A DNA stretch of 60,966 nt from a virus (taxonomy: Duplodnaviria; Caudoviricetes), in the IMG/VR virus record IMGVR_UViG_3300017963_000051, positions 1 through 60,966 of that record; one strand, 5' to 3'. Under the pieces are notes generated by a model that ran no database searches, was not told where the DNA came from, and saw only the letters and a program-made list of their open reading frames with translations. Shown here in pieces: positions 38,271-47,070 of the stretch (position 1 is the stretch's first letter; each line of letters opens with the position of its first letter). A program made the position numbers and the translations under genes.

Positions 38271-41200
38271 CAGGCAGTTTCCATGCGGCGGCGGCGGGGG
38301 GTGAAGATGTCCACCGTGTAGGCGAGAGCGCTCTCCCGCATCCGGTCGCGCTCAGGCTTAGCATCGACGTGTACCGTAGTCAAATCGTATCTGTATACGG
38401 GCACCGACTGTCCGTCGATCTTCTTCCGGCCCGCGACCACCTCGATGCCGCACGCCTCGCACAGCCTGTTGAACGCTGCCGTGATCTGGGACTCGTCCTT
38501 CGTGCCCCAGCCGAGCGTTTCCTGGAGGCCCCGGAAGTTTTCGGCCACGAGAGGGGCCAAGGTCTTTCGGATTTCGTGTCCCGTGCGCTCGACCCCGTGG
38601 TTGTCTGCGTGCTCATCGAAGGCGTGAGGGAGCACCTGGCGGAGCACGTGGTGCGTGATCAGGGATCGGCGATAGTCGCTTTTCAGCTCCGCATCATGGC
38701 GAGAGCCGCTCTTTTCAAAGTCCTTGTACGCGAGGAAGTGATCCAAGCGCTCGGGACAGTCCTCTGCCTTGCGGCTCTCTTCGATGGCGATCAACTGGTT
38801 GTAGCGCCGACACTTGGCACGATGTCGTCCTCGGTCATCGCGGAGGACCATGTCCACGTCCACTTCGCGGTCGTAGTAGCGGTGGAGCCAGTAGCGTTCG
38901 AGCTGGGCTTTTTCCTCGGGCGTACAGACTGCCGCCTCGTTGATCTTCTTTGCCGTGGCATCGCTGATTTCCTCTGCCGCTGCCACCTCGCGGGCGTGTT
39001 CGAGATCTGCCTCTTCCTTCGCTTCCTTCTGCTGGGCTCCTAGGAGCTTGGCGATGTCCTCGTTCACTTCGAGTTCCCGGCTGTCGACGAAGTCCCATTC
39101 GAGGCGCTTGCACTCGCGGTACAGCTCGCCGAAAGGATCGTTCTGCGTTTCACGGTAGGTCTGCTGCTGAAGGATCCACGACTCGGTGAAGGTCAGGTCG
39201 TCAGGGACGAACAGCCGGGACTTCAGGTCCACGACCCGGTAGTTCGGGAGGTGGACGTTCCAGTTGCCGCGAACCTCTCGGGCCTGGCGCGTGACGAGCT
39301 TCATCAGGTAGTCACGGCTCGTCGGATACTTTTCCTTCTTCGCGTAGACCGACACCCCGAGCAGGATGCGGCTGTCTTCGAGGTTGCGGCACCTCATGCA
39401 CATCTGCGTCACGTTGCGGGCCACCACCTTGTCGTAGTTCCACAGCACGTACTGGCGCTTCACCGGGGCCTCGATGGAGAGTCCCGACTGCACGGCGGGA
39501 GAGAAGATCAGCACGTCGTACTCCTGTGCCATGCGGTTTGGATCGTGGAGAAGCTCCTGGATGCGCTGCGTCTTCGAGTTGTCGCTCGACACCTCCAGCA
39601 CGCGAAGGTCCGGGCGTTTTTTCCGGACCATCCGTGCCCACTGGCGCACCTTCGCGGCCGATGTCACCGCACAGGCAATCGGGGCATCGCCTTTCTGGTG
39701 CGAGACGACGTCATGGAAGAACGCCTGCATGAGCACCGCCTCGGAGACGGTTTCGACCTTGCGGCGCTTCGTCGCCAGCGGGCGTGCCTTGATCACCACC
39801 GTTGGGCGCGTCGCGTCCACGTCATTGGCCCGGCTCATGAAGAAGAGCTGAAGGTCCGGCGTCCAGTTCGCCGTCGCAGCGATCGGGTACTTCGCCGAAG
39901 CCCAATGGCGCATGACGGTCTTGAAGGTCTGGTAGCGCTCGCGCAACGGGCCCTGGTGGAAGTAGTCGGCCACCTCGTGGGCTTCGTCGATGAAGGCGTG
40001 CCGGCGCGTGTAGTGGCCCGTCTCTGAGTCGACTTCGTCTGGCAGCAGTTCGATCTTCCCCGAGCTGTTCAGGGTCGTGCTCACCCGGCTCACAGAGGGG
40101 GCTGACGGGTCCGTGTAGGGCACGGCTCCGAGCTTGGCGGCGTTGGCATGGGTCAGGGCCGTGAGCGCCGTCATGGCGATGAGAGAGCCCTCTCGCGTCG
40201 CCTGTCGCACCGAATACGTCTTCCCTGCCCCCATGGGGGCGTCCAGGAGGATCGCCGCACCCCCAGGGAATGCCCGCTTCACCTGCTCGACCGCATCGCC
40301 GATGTACTCCACCTCCCCGAGATCTAGGGAGTATAGGGGGCCCCCCGAGTCTGTGGCGTCGAGGAGCTTGACGATTTGCCCGACCTTCGGACTGTAGTCT
40401 GGATCACTATCACTACCTCCAAAGTGCGGGAAAGGCGCGTCACCCACCCGTAGGGGGTTCAAGCAATCTGGGGTGTTTTCGTTAGGGAGAACGCTTGAAC
40501 CCGGAGGGTGCGAAAAAAGCGCATCCTGTGTTTGCGCGTTTTCGCGCTGGGGAGTTTCCCCACCCTCTACCTGTGGGTTTTGTTTGTTTCGGAGCCTGGA
40601 AAGGAGATCGTCCGCCCCCTTCAGGTCGTCCGCATCCTCCCCGAACCCCTTGTCTTTCGCGTAGCGGTAAGCGTTGAGTGCGCGGTCTTCGACGAAGTCC
40701 GGGTCGAGAGGCGGGTCGTTGCGGAGGTTCCATTCCTGGATGACCTCCACCGCGTGCTCGGGAGGCACGCCGAAGTCGTGCGCCTTGCAGCCCAAGGCGT
40801 ACGCGGTCGACGCTCGACCATCGTCCATGCCCGGGACCTTCTTCACGTACGCACGCAACCGCGCTACGCGGCGAGGCAGGATGCCAGGGTCTACCTCGAA
40901 TTCATCGCTGTTCCGAGGGTCGTCGGCGAGGTCGACCTCCCGGGGCTTGTGGTGCCGCGCCTTGCGGGCCTTCGTCCCCAGCTCCCGCTTGATCTCCTCG
41001 AACCGCTCCGACACCCCGAAGCGCTCCATGAGCGTGAAGGGATCGACGCGAGCCCCGATATCACACTTCTCCAGGAGGATCTGAAAAGGGTCGTCCGGGT
41101 CTTTCTGGTGCCAATAGCCGGGCACTCGGAGAATCCGAGCCACGTCCATCGCCTTCGGGTCTGCCCCGCACAGCTCACCGATCGCCATGGCCGCGGCGCG

Positions 41201-41662
41201 GTAGTCCTCGAAGGAAAGCCCGTGCGCGTCGGGCAGACGCCAGTAGACGTGATAGCCGTTCTTCGTCCGCACGATAGCGTGCGGAGGCACCGCCGAAAGC
41301 GATTCCCGCCAACCCTCGTCTGTGGAGTCGATGTCGAGCGCGATGACGCGAAGGTGCCGCACGCTGTCTTTGCGGGCGCCGTTGGCGTCAGGGTCATGGT
41401 GCTGGACGGCAACGAAAGCGGCCCACGGCACGCGGCGGGTGTTCGGCCCGTTCGGTGTCGTGCCCCGGATGTTGACGTGGTCGAAGTAGTCGAGCCCATC
41501 GAAGCCCACCCGCACCACGTTGCGGGCACTCTTCTTCCAATCTGCGGGCTTGTCCGGCCCCTCGGCGATGGCGCGTCCATGCCACACCTCCCGACGCGGC
41601 TCGCCGCTCATCGAGAGGAATTGGAGGAACTGCTCGGCTTGCTTACGGTCTGGACTCAGCAT
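38270..41662 (-). CDS. RepB-type primase fused to origin-binding-type SF2 helicase
   Basis: LDID, GYHVYW, DVARILRVPG; APMGAGKT, IDEAH, SPAVQSGLSI, QMCMRCR. Confidence 0.9.
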   Translation of the reverse strand: MLSPDRKQAEQFLQFLSMSGEPRREVWHGRAIAEGPDKPADWKKSARNVVRVGFDGLDYFDHVNIRGTTPNGPNTRRVPWAAFVAVQHHDPDANGARKDSVRHLRVIALDIDSTDEGWRESLSAVPPHAIVRTKNGYHVYWRLPDAHGLSFEDYRAAAMAIGELCGADPKAMDVARILRVPGYWHQKDPDDPFQILLEKCDIGARVDPFTLMERFGVSERFEEIKRELGTKARKARHHKPREVDLADDPRNSDEFEVDPGILPRRVARLRAYVKKVPGMDDGRASTAYALGCKAHDFGVPPEHAVEVIQEWNLRNDPPLDPDFVEDRALNAYRYAKDKGFGEDADDLKGADDLLSRLRNKQNPQVEGGETPQRENAQTQDALFSHPPGSSVLPNENTPDCLNPLRVGDAPFPHFGGSDSDPDYSPKVGQIVKLLDATDSGGPLYSLDLGEVEYIGDAVEQVKRAFPGGAAILLDAPMGAGKTYSVRQATREGSLIAMTALTALTHANAAKLGAVPYTDPSAPSVSRVSTTLNSSGKIELLPDEVDSETGHYTRRHAFIDEAHEVADYFHQGPLRERYQTFKTVMRHWASAKYPIAATANWTPDLQLFFMSRANDVDATRPTVVIKARPLATKRRKVETVSEAVLMQAFFHDVVSHQKGDAPIACAVTSAAKVRQWARMVRKKRPDLRVLEVSSDNSKTQRIQELLHDPNRMAQEYDVLIFSPAVQSGLSIEAPVKRQYVLWNYDKVVARNVTQMCMRCRNLEDSRILLGVSVYAKKEKYPTSRDYLMKLVTRQAREVRGNWNVHLPNYRVVDLKSRLFVPDDLTFTESWILQQQTYRETQNDPFGELYRECKRLEWDFVDSRELEVNEDIAKLLGAQQKEAKEEADLEHAREVAAAEEISDATAKKINEAAVCTPEEKAQLERYWLHRYYDREVDVDMVLRDDRGRHRAKCRRYNQLIAIEESRKAEDCPERLDHFLAYKDFEKSGSRHDAELKSDYRRSLITHHVLRQVLPHAFDEHADNHGVERTGHEIRKTLAPLVAENFRGLQETLGWGTKDESQITAAFNRLCEACGIEVVAGRKKIDGQSVPVYRYDLTTVHVDAKPERDRMRESALAYTVDIFTPRRRRMETA

Positions 41663-41713
41663 GGCAGAGGGTGCCAAACGCCGAGATCGCAGAACGCGCA
41701 CTTCGACAGCGCT

Positions 41714-41723
41714 TCAGGTAGTC
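41714..41723 (+). promoter_or_regulatory. Operator half-site upstream of replication operon
   Basis: TCAGGTAGTC. Confidence 0.55.
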
Positions 41724-41750
41724 TTTTCCTACCGAATAGCGCTGGACGTG

Positions 41751-41779
41751 TTGACGCGCGGGGCCGAACCCCCTATCCT
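41751..41779 (+). promoter_or_regulatory. Sigma70-type promoter TTGACG-N17-TATCCT
   Basis: Near-consensus with ideal spacing; no credible CDS downstream. Confidence 0.75.
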
Positions 41780-41785
41780 GATCTC

Positions 41786-41899
41786 GACGCATTAGGCAAG
41801 GGGCATGATGCCCCGCGGGAGTCCCCCCGTCAAGAGTGGACGCGGGCTCCCGCCCGGACAGCCCCCAGGATTAGGCCCCTGGGGGCTTTTCTTTGTCCG
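41786..41899 (+). ncRNA. Putative structured sRNA with three hairpins, the last a terminator
   Basis: GGGGCA/TGCCCC, GCGGGAG/CTCCCGC, GCCCCCAGG/CCTGGGGGC plus T tract. Confidence 0.6.
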
Positions 41900-41965
41900 T
41901 AGGGTGCCCTTTGGTTCCGTTTGGTCCCGTTCTGCACCCTGGCGTTCCGCGCAGGCGCGGAAGTT

Positions 41966-42580
41966 CTACGGTTGTAGTCCTACGGCTCCGAGGATGATGC
42001 GCGGGGTCTCGCGCTCGAACTGTTGGGGATCGATGTCCCAAAGCAGGTAGGTGTCGCGCATGTCGGCGATCTGGTCCTCGGCCCACGCCCGGAGGAACTT
42101 CTCCGAGGCCCCCATGCGCTTGAACTGCTGGATCTGCTGCACGTCGGCCCGGGTCTCCAGGACCCAGCGCCCAGCACTGTGCGCGTAGCGACGCTCGAAT
42201 CGAGCATCCCCGAGCCGCTCCCGGTCGCAGTAGTGCACCAGCTCGTGGACGAGCAACGCCGCCTGGCTCTCCGGCGAGCGCTCGTCAAAGTCGTTTCGCA
42301 GGTAGAGGGCGGACTGTCCCGCCGTCCCCCCGGCGATCGGGTTGCGGTACACGACCCGGATGGACTTCAGGGCCAGGCGGTCAAACGCCGCCTGTACGGT
42401 AGCCTCGGGGTCGTCCGAGACCCATCCGGGTTCGCAGGCGGGGTCTGCCGCTTCCGCGAGATCCTCTGCCGTCAGCTCGAACGTGTGCTCCGTGGGCTCG
42501 CTCGCGCCCGAGAACGCGAGAGGGGTGCAGCTCGCTAGGAAGGCGAAGAGGAAGAGGGCGAAAGGCTTGATACGGTCCAT
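41966..42580 (-). CDS. Lipoprotein with HExxH zinc metallopeptidase motif
   Basis: Lipobox LAS-C; LLVHELVHY, downstream LETRA. Confidence 0.8.
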   Translation of the reverse strand: MDRIKPFALFLFAFLASCTPLAFSGASEPTEHTFELTAEDLAEAADPACEPGWVSDDPEATVQAAFDRLALKSIRVVYRNPIAGGTAGQSALYLRNDFDERSPESQAALLVHELVHYCDRERLGDARFERRYAHSAGRWVLETRADVQQIQQFKRMGASEKFLRAWAEDQIADMRDTYLLWDIDPQQFERETPRIILGAVGLQP

Positions 42581-42588
42581 GTGCAGTC

Positions 42589-42852
42589 CTACGGGATGAG
42601 AGACAGCTCTTCGGCGGCCTTGTAGACCCACTGCCAGGCTTCGCCGGAGCTAGCCCAGTTTCTGCGACTCGCATCGCCCACGAGCGCGAGACCTGTGGGC
42701 CCCACGTCAGCGACCGTGAGCCGCCGGCCCCATCGGTCCAGGACATCGTCCCCGGCCTTCAGGGTCGCCGTCAGGGCGTAGGGGAGGTGATAGCGGGTGC
42801 GGCGTGGGTAGTGGGTCACGGCCGACGTGGCGGCTTCTGGAGCGGCTTCCAT
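42589..42852 (-). CDS. Hypothetical protein
   Basis: TATCGT 7 nt before ATG; GTAGTCAC half operator. Confidence 0.55.
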   Translation of the reverse strand: MEAAPEAATSAVTHYPRRTRYHLPYALTATLKAGDDVLDRWGRRLTVADVGPTGLALVGDASRRNWASSGEAWQWVYKAAEELSLIP

Positions 42853-42881
42853 GGTGACTACGATACTACATGCGCACGAAC

Positions 42882-42916
42882 AAAAACAAACCCGACCCCT
42901 CTTTCGAGGGGCCGGG
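42882..42916 (-). terminator. Rho-independent terminator
   Basis: CCCGGCCCCTC-GAAA-GAGGGGTCGGG-TTTGTTTTT on the minus strand. Confidence 0.88.
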
Positions 42917-42967
42917 CCGATGGCACACTACACGCCTCACCATTGAGCCGTGAGCCCGTAGATTGTA

Positions 42968-44389
42968 CTAATCGGGCACGGACGGGTCAACGGCTGCCGC
43001 GTTGAGCAGGTTCCAGAGCGTGCTTGCGTGAATGTTCCCGAGCACCGCGAGGAGCTGGCGCGTCAGGGTCATTTTCGTAGACAGGTCGAGCGTGTCGATC
43101 TTGCGCTTGAGCCCGCGAAGTGCTTGCACTGCGGTGGAGTTGTCCTTCCCCGAGGAGAAACGAATCGCGTCATACACGTCGGGGCCCACCAGCGCCCGAA
43201 CCTTCTGCTCCTGGTGCTTCTCCAGCATGTGGAACCAGAGCAGAAGATGCTCATCGTAACCATTCGGCTCCGGATCGTTCTCAGTACCGCCAGAGAACGC
43301 GAGTTCCGGGAGTTCGGGCGGGGTCCAGTCGTCTCCCGAGGGGATGTCGGCGGTCATGGGATCGGGCCCCTTTTGGGGTTTTGCCTTCTGCGGAGCAGGC
43401 ACGGCACGCGGTGCAGGTGCACCAGGCATCGCCATTGCAGGAGCCTGTGCAGGCATCTGCGGCTGCTGGGGACCTCCCATGCCTCCGAGAGCGTCCATGA
43501 CACCTCCGGCCCCTCCCTGGTTCGCTCCCTGCATCATCTGAACGAGCATCATGGCGCCTTCGGGCGGGATGCCCATCGCCTTGGAGATCAACATGGGCAC
43601 CGCAACGCTTCCGAGCTGCATCGCAACGTCCCACTTCTGCTGCTGCGCCGCTTGATCCGCGCGAGCCAGTTCCGCCTCCAACTCCATCTTGCGCGTCGCC
43701 GTGCTCTTTTGCTCGCTCTCTTTCCAGAGCAGCGAAGCCTCGTGCAACGTCGTGGCGCTCGACTTGGCAACCTCGCCCACACTCGTGGCGATGGCGGGCA
43801 GCTCGTGAGCGCTTCGACAGACCGCGTCCACGAGCTTGTCGATCCGCTTCGCATACTCCTCTTCTCTCTTCATGATGAAGCGCCTCAGCTCATCGTTTTC
43901 GTTTCGCTGCTGCTCGAAGAAGAAGCGAAACAGTTTGAGATCGGTGCGCTCCCGGTCGTCGACCACAGAGTCATCGAACACGGGCGCCCCGTTGACGATC
44001 TTCACCGTGAACTCTCGACGAATCCACTTGATGTCGCCACCCGGGGAGTCGTACCGGATCGCCGTCCGGTAGCAGTATTCCTCGGGGTCGTCAACGGTTT
44101 TTGCGTGACGCTCGGCCAGCTTCATGAGCTGCTGGCCCATGGCATCGACGCTGGGGCGGTTGTCGGGGTCCACAATCAGCTTCCCCGACGCAGACTTGAA
44201 GTTCCGGTCGCCAGGCCCACGCGCTTCGATCCGGAGATCGATGATGGTGTCGTGGTGCTCCTCGATGCGCTCCATGATTTTCGAGGGCAGCTCCGTCATC
44301 TGCACGCTGACAGAACGGTCCCCTTCGTAGAACGGCACGCTTCCTGGGGCCGGATTCGACTCCGCCCACATCGACAGATCGTCGCTCAT
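42968..44389 (-). CDS. Hypothetical protein (coiled coil, hydrophobic segment, Pro/Gly/Met-rich linker)
   Basis: AGGAG RBS; divergent from the structural operon. Confidence 0.8.
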   Translation of the reverse strand: MSDDLSMWAESNPAPGSVPFYEGDRSVSVQMTELPSKIMERIEEHHDTIIDLRIEARGPGDRNFKSASGKLIVDPDNRPSVDAMGQQLMKLAERHAKTVDDPEEYCYRTAIRYDSPGGDIKWIRREFTVKIVNGAPVFDDSVVDDRERTDLKLFRFFFEQQRNENDELRRFIMKREEEYAKRIDKLVDAVCRSAHELPAIATSVGEVAKSSATTLHEASLLWKESEQKSTATRKMELEAELARADQAAQQQKWDVAMQLGSVAVPMLISKAMGIPPEGAMMLVQMMQGANQGGAGGVMDALGGMGGPQQPQMPAQAPAMAMPGAPAPRAVPAPQKAKPQKGPDPMTADIPSGDDWTPPELPELAFSGGTENDPEPNGYDEHLLLWFHMLEKHQEQKVRALVGPDVYDAIRFSSGKDNSTAVQALRGLKRKIDTLDLSTKMTLTRQLLAVLGNIHASTLWNLLNAAAVDPSVPD

Positions 44390-44581
44390 GATGTCTTCTC
44401 TCCTGTTTGGCGCAAACAACGCGCCTTTGGGCTTCCTGTAGTGCAGAATAGCGTCATTTAGCGGCAGAATAGAAACTATTTGAAGCAAAGAGTAGCGCTG
44501 CGCGTGAAGCGCTGTTTACATAGAGGTGCGCGAGATTACCTCGCACGCGAATAGCGCTACACGCGCGCACGGAGATTCAAC

Positions 44582-44932
44582 ATGAAGAAGATCGCCATTC
44601 CCGGATCCCGGAACGAGTTGGAGAAGAAGTACATCGCCTCGCAGACCAAGCTCATGCGAGCTGCCTCCGAGGCCAAGCGCATCGGTGAGAACATGGTCGA
44701 GGTGGCGGTGGCCGGCGGTACCGCCTACCTGTACGGCGTGGTGGAGGACAAGCTCCCCTACGAGGGCAAGATCCCCGGCACCGAGATCGGCTTCGACCTC
44801 GCGGGCGGACTCGCCCTCACGGTCGGTGGCGCCGTCATGAAGGGCAAGATGTCCGGCGCCGTTCAGGCGGTCGGCATGGGCCTCCTACTCCCGGCGCTCC
44901 GTGAGTACGGTCGCGCCGCGACCTTCTTCTAA
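44582..44932 (+). CDS. Small Gly-rich membrane protein, first gene of structural operon
   Basis: GGAG RBS; three hydrophobic segments. Confidence 0.8.
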   Translation: MKKIAIPGSRNELEKKYIASQTKLMRAASEAKRIGENMVEVAVAGGTAYLYGVVEDKLPYEGKIPGTEIGFDLAGGLALTVGGAVMKGKMSGAVQAVGMGLLLPALREYGRAATFF

Positions 44933-44940
44933 GGGTCACC

Positions 44941-45138
44941 GTGACGGTTCGGGACGTCGCTACCGTGGTCGGGGCAGTCGCAGGTACCACCCTGACGATC
45001 GTCCTCCTCGCAGAAAAGCTCGGCAGGCGCCGATCTTCTGAGGGGCACGACTGCGGCACGACTGCCGATTGCGAGTCCATGCTCGCGTGTATCGACGGCA
45101 AGTGCGTCCCGGACCCTCGCAAAGTTCCCTCTCCCTGA
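44941..45138 (+). CDS. Small TM protein with Cys-rich motif
   Basis: TM then CGTTADC..CIDGKC. Confidence 0.6.
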   Translation: MTVRDVATVVGAVAGTTLTIVLLAEKLGRRRSSEGHDCGTTADCESMLACIDGKCVPDPRKVPSP

Positions 45139-45276
45139 CACGGTCACCAGGGCAGAGCGCCGTCGCCGGGCCAAAAATACAGGCGAGTGAACTGACCATC
45201 CGGTGCCGGGAAACAGGCACGCGCGAGACGAGAAACGATTTCCACCCCTCTACCGCCCGCAAGGGCAACCGGAGAC

Positions 45277-46098
45277 ATGAAGATGAACCAGAAGATTTCT
45301 CGCGCTTACGCGCACGCCATGAAGAACGCCCGCATTTCCGGCGGGATGCCCGACCTCCAGGACGTCAAGCAGATCGCTGACGAGTTCCACGGCAACGGTC
45401 GCCTTCGCCAGCTCGCCGAGCGGGCCGCGGCCGAGAGCGCCATCGCCAGCGTTGGCGGTCGTGCCGGCGTCAACTATCGCGGCATGGGTCGTGACCACGG
45501 CAAGGCCGGTTACGGTACCATGGGCGGCAACGGCAACTCCTGCGCTCGTGACTACACCCCGACCCACGGGTCGGACGGTCGCGTGAACACGGAGGACCAG
45601 GGCTACAAGGAGCGCGGCGTCCCCTCGTTCCGTGGCCTGGCCGACTGCGACGAGGCCCCGTACTGCGGTGGTGACATCCTGGGCTTCAACACCCTGGAGG
45701 CCGCCAACTTCCCGCTGTCCGGTCCTCCGGCTCCCCTTCCGCCCCCTGCTCCGGTTCCCCCCGCGGCGATCGGTGCGGCGATCAACATCAGCTCGGAGAC
45801 CGCGGACGTCTACCAGCCTCGCGCGCTGTTCTTCGAGTTCCGTGACGTCGAGCAGAGCTTCGCTGTGATCCCGGGTCTCCTTCAGGACGCCCGCATCGGC
45901 CCCGCCCAGCAGACCATCGGTGGTGCTGTCGGCAACGGCATCACCTCCGCGGTGTTCGCCCTGACCAACACCCCACTGCCGGTGGGTTGGGATGCCTTCC
46001 GCAACGTCGGTGGGCAGACCCTCCAGCTCACCTTCGCCAACTTCCTGGTCGGCACCAACGCCCAGGTCTTCGGCGTGCTCTGGGGCGACGCCAAGTAG
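45277..46098 (+). CDS. Candidate major capsid protein (single jelly-roll-like C-terminal domain, Gly/Arg-rich N-terminal arm)
   Basis: About 140-aa all-beta C-terminus; own 140-nt leader; downstream UUCG hairpin; fold is inferred. Confidence 0.6.
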   Translation: MKMNQKISRAYAHAMKNARISGGMPDLQDVKQIADEFHGNGRLRQLAERAAAESAIASVGGRAGVNYRGMGRDHGKAGYGTMGGNGNSCARDYTPTHGSDGRVNTEDQGYKERGVPSFRGLADCDEAPYCGGDILGFNTLEAANFPLSGPPAPLPPPAPVPPAAIGAAINISSETADVYQPRALFFEFRDVEQSFAVIPGLLQDARIGPAQQTIGGAVGNGITSAVFALTNTPLPVGWDAFRNVGGQTLQLTFANFLVGTNAQVFGVLWGDAK

Positions 46099-46109
46099 TC
46101 GCCTCTTCG

Positions 46110-46140
46110 AGCGCTCCCGCACCTTCGGGTGCGGGGCGCT
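46110..46140 (+). terminator. Stable UUCG hairpin (mRNA stabiliser or partial terminator)
   Basis: CCCGCACC-TTCG-GGTGCGGG. Confidence 0.7.
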
Positions 46141-46163
46141 CCCTCAAGTTTTAGGATTCCGGT

Positions 46164-47069
46164 ATGGCAGACACACGCATCCCCGTCCAGCAGCTCGCGG
46201 TAGGGTCGAAGTGGTGGGACTCCACCGGGGTTCAGTTTCTCGTGCAGACTCCGACGCCGAACCAGCGTACGGGGTACAGACCGATCAAGTTCGTTTCGCT
46301 GAAGCCGAAGTCGAAGCTGTGTGACCCCGATGGCAAGCCTTGCTCGCTGTGGTGGACGGTCAACGCGAACGCCTCTGAGTTCTTCCGGGTCGTGCCCAAC
46401 AGCACGAGCCTGACGCTGCCCCGCTTTTCGGACATCGAGAACGCGGGACTGCCGGCGTCACTGCTCCAGCTCCAGGTGGAGTGGGACAGCTCCACGGCGT
46501 TCGTGGACATCGGCCCCGGAACTCGTTTCAGCATCCTGGCACCGACGATCACCCTCGGCCTGTGGGTACCGAGTACGGCGGTCGTGCCGAACAAAAACAC
46601 CGCCAACCAGGCGGTGCGTACGGGTCTCACGACGCCAGCTCCCGTGAACGAGTACACGGTGGTCGATGCTGCGGCGACGGTGAGCGTTTCGTGTTCGACG
46701 GCGCCGATCGGCGACCGGATCGCCACGGTGACGCGAAGTTACACGCCGACCGGAACGGATCTGCCTACGGGGCAGTACGACGGGTTCCCGCTGAACCCGG
46801 CGGTGGCAGGGACCTACGAGATCCCCCCGCGTGCGCGTCGCGTGCAGTGGTCGACGAACATCCCCGGATTTACTCCGGGCGTGGGCGTGGGCCCGATCTA
46901 CCGCTCCCCTTCTCCTGCGGCGGGCTCCATCGACCGCGGGCAATACGACGCTTGGGGTCGCGCCATGAGCAACATCCACGACATCCCACGAAACGCTACG
47001 TTCGTGGACCTGGGGCTGTTTGCCGGAAGCGTCGACTACCTTACCGCTGTATGGGAACTGGAGATGTAG
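46164..47069 (+). CDS. Beta-rich structural protein (second capsid or penton candidate)
   Basis: Follows the capsid candidate; beta-strand pattern, Thr/Pro/Val rich. Confidence 0.65.
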   Translation: MADTRIPVQQLAVGSKWWDSTGVQFLVQTPTPNQRTGYRPIKFVSLKPKSKLCDPDGKPCSLWWTVNANASEFFRVVPNSTSLTLPRFSDIENAGLPASLLQLQVEWDSSTAFVDIGPGTRFSILAPTITLGLWVPSTAVVPNKNTANQAVRTGLTTPAPVNEYTVVDAAATVSVSCSTAPIGDRIATVTRSYTPTGTDLPTGQYDGFPLNPAVAGTYEIPPRARRVQWSTNIPGFTPGVGVGPIYRSPSPAAGSIDRGQYDAWGRAMSNIHDIPRNATFVDLGLFAGSVDYLTAVWELEM

Positions 47070-47070
47070 C

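Noticed and set aside
33438-44461. Long antisense ORFs (33438..34859, 40508..41902, 43028..44461 and others)
   Set aside because: Shadow frames expected at high GC opposite well-supported genes; no motifs
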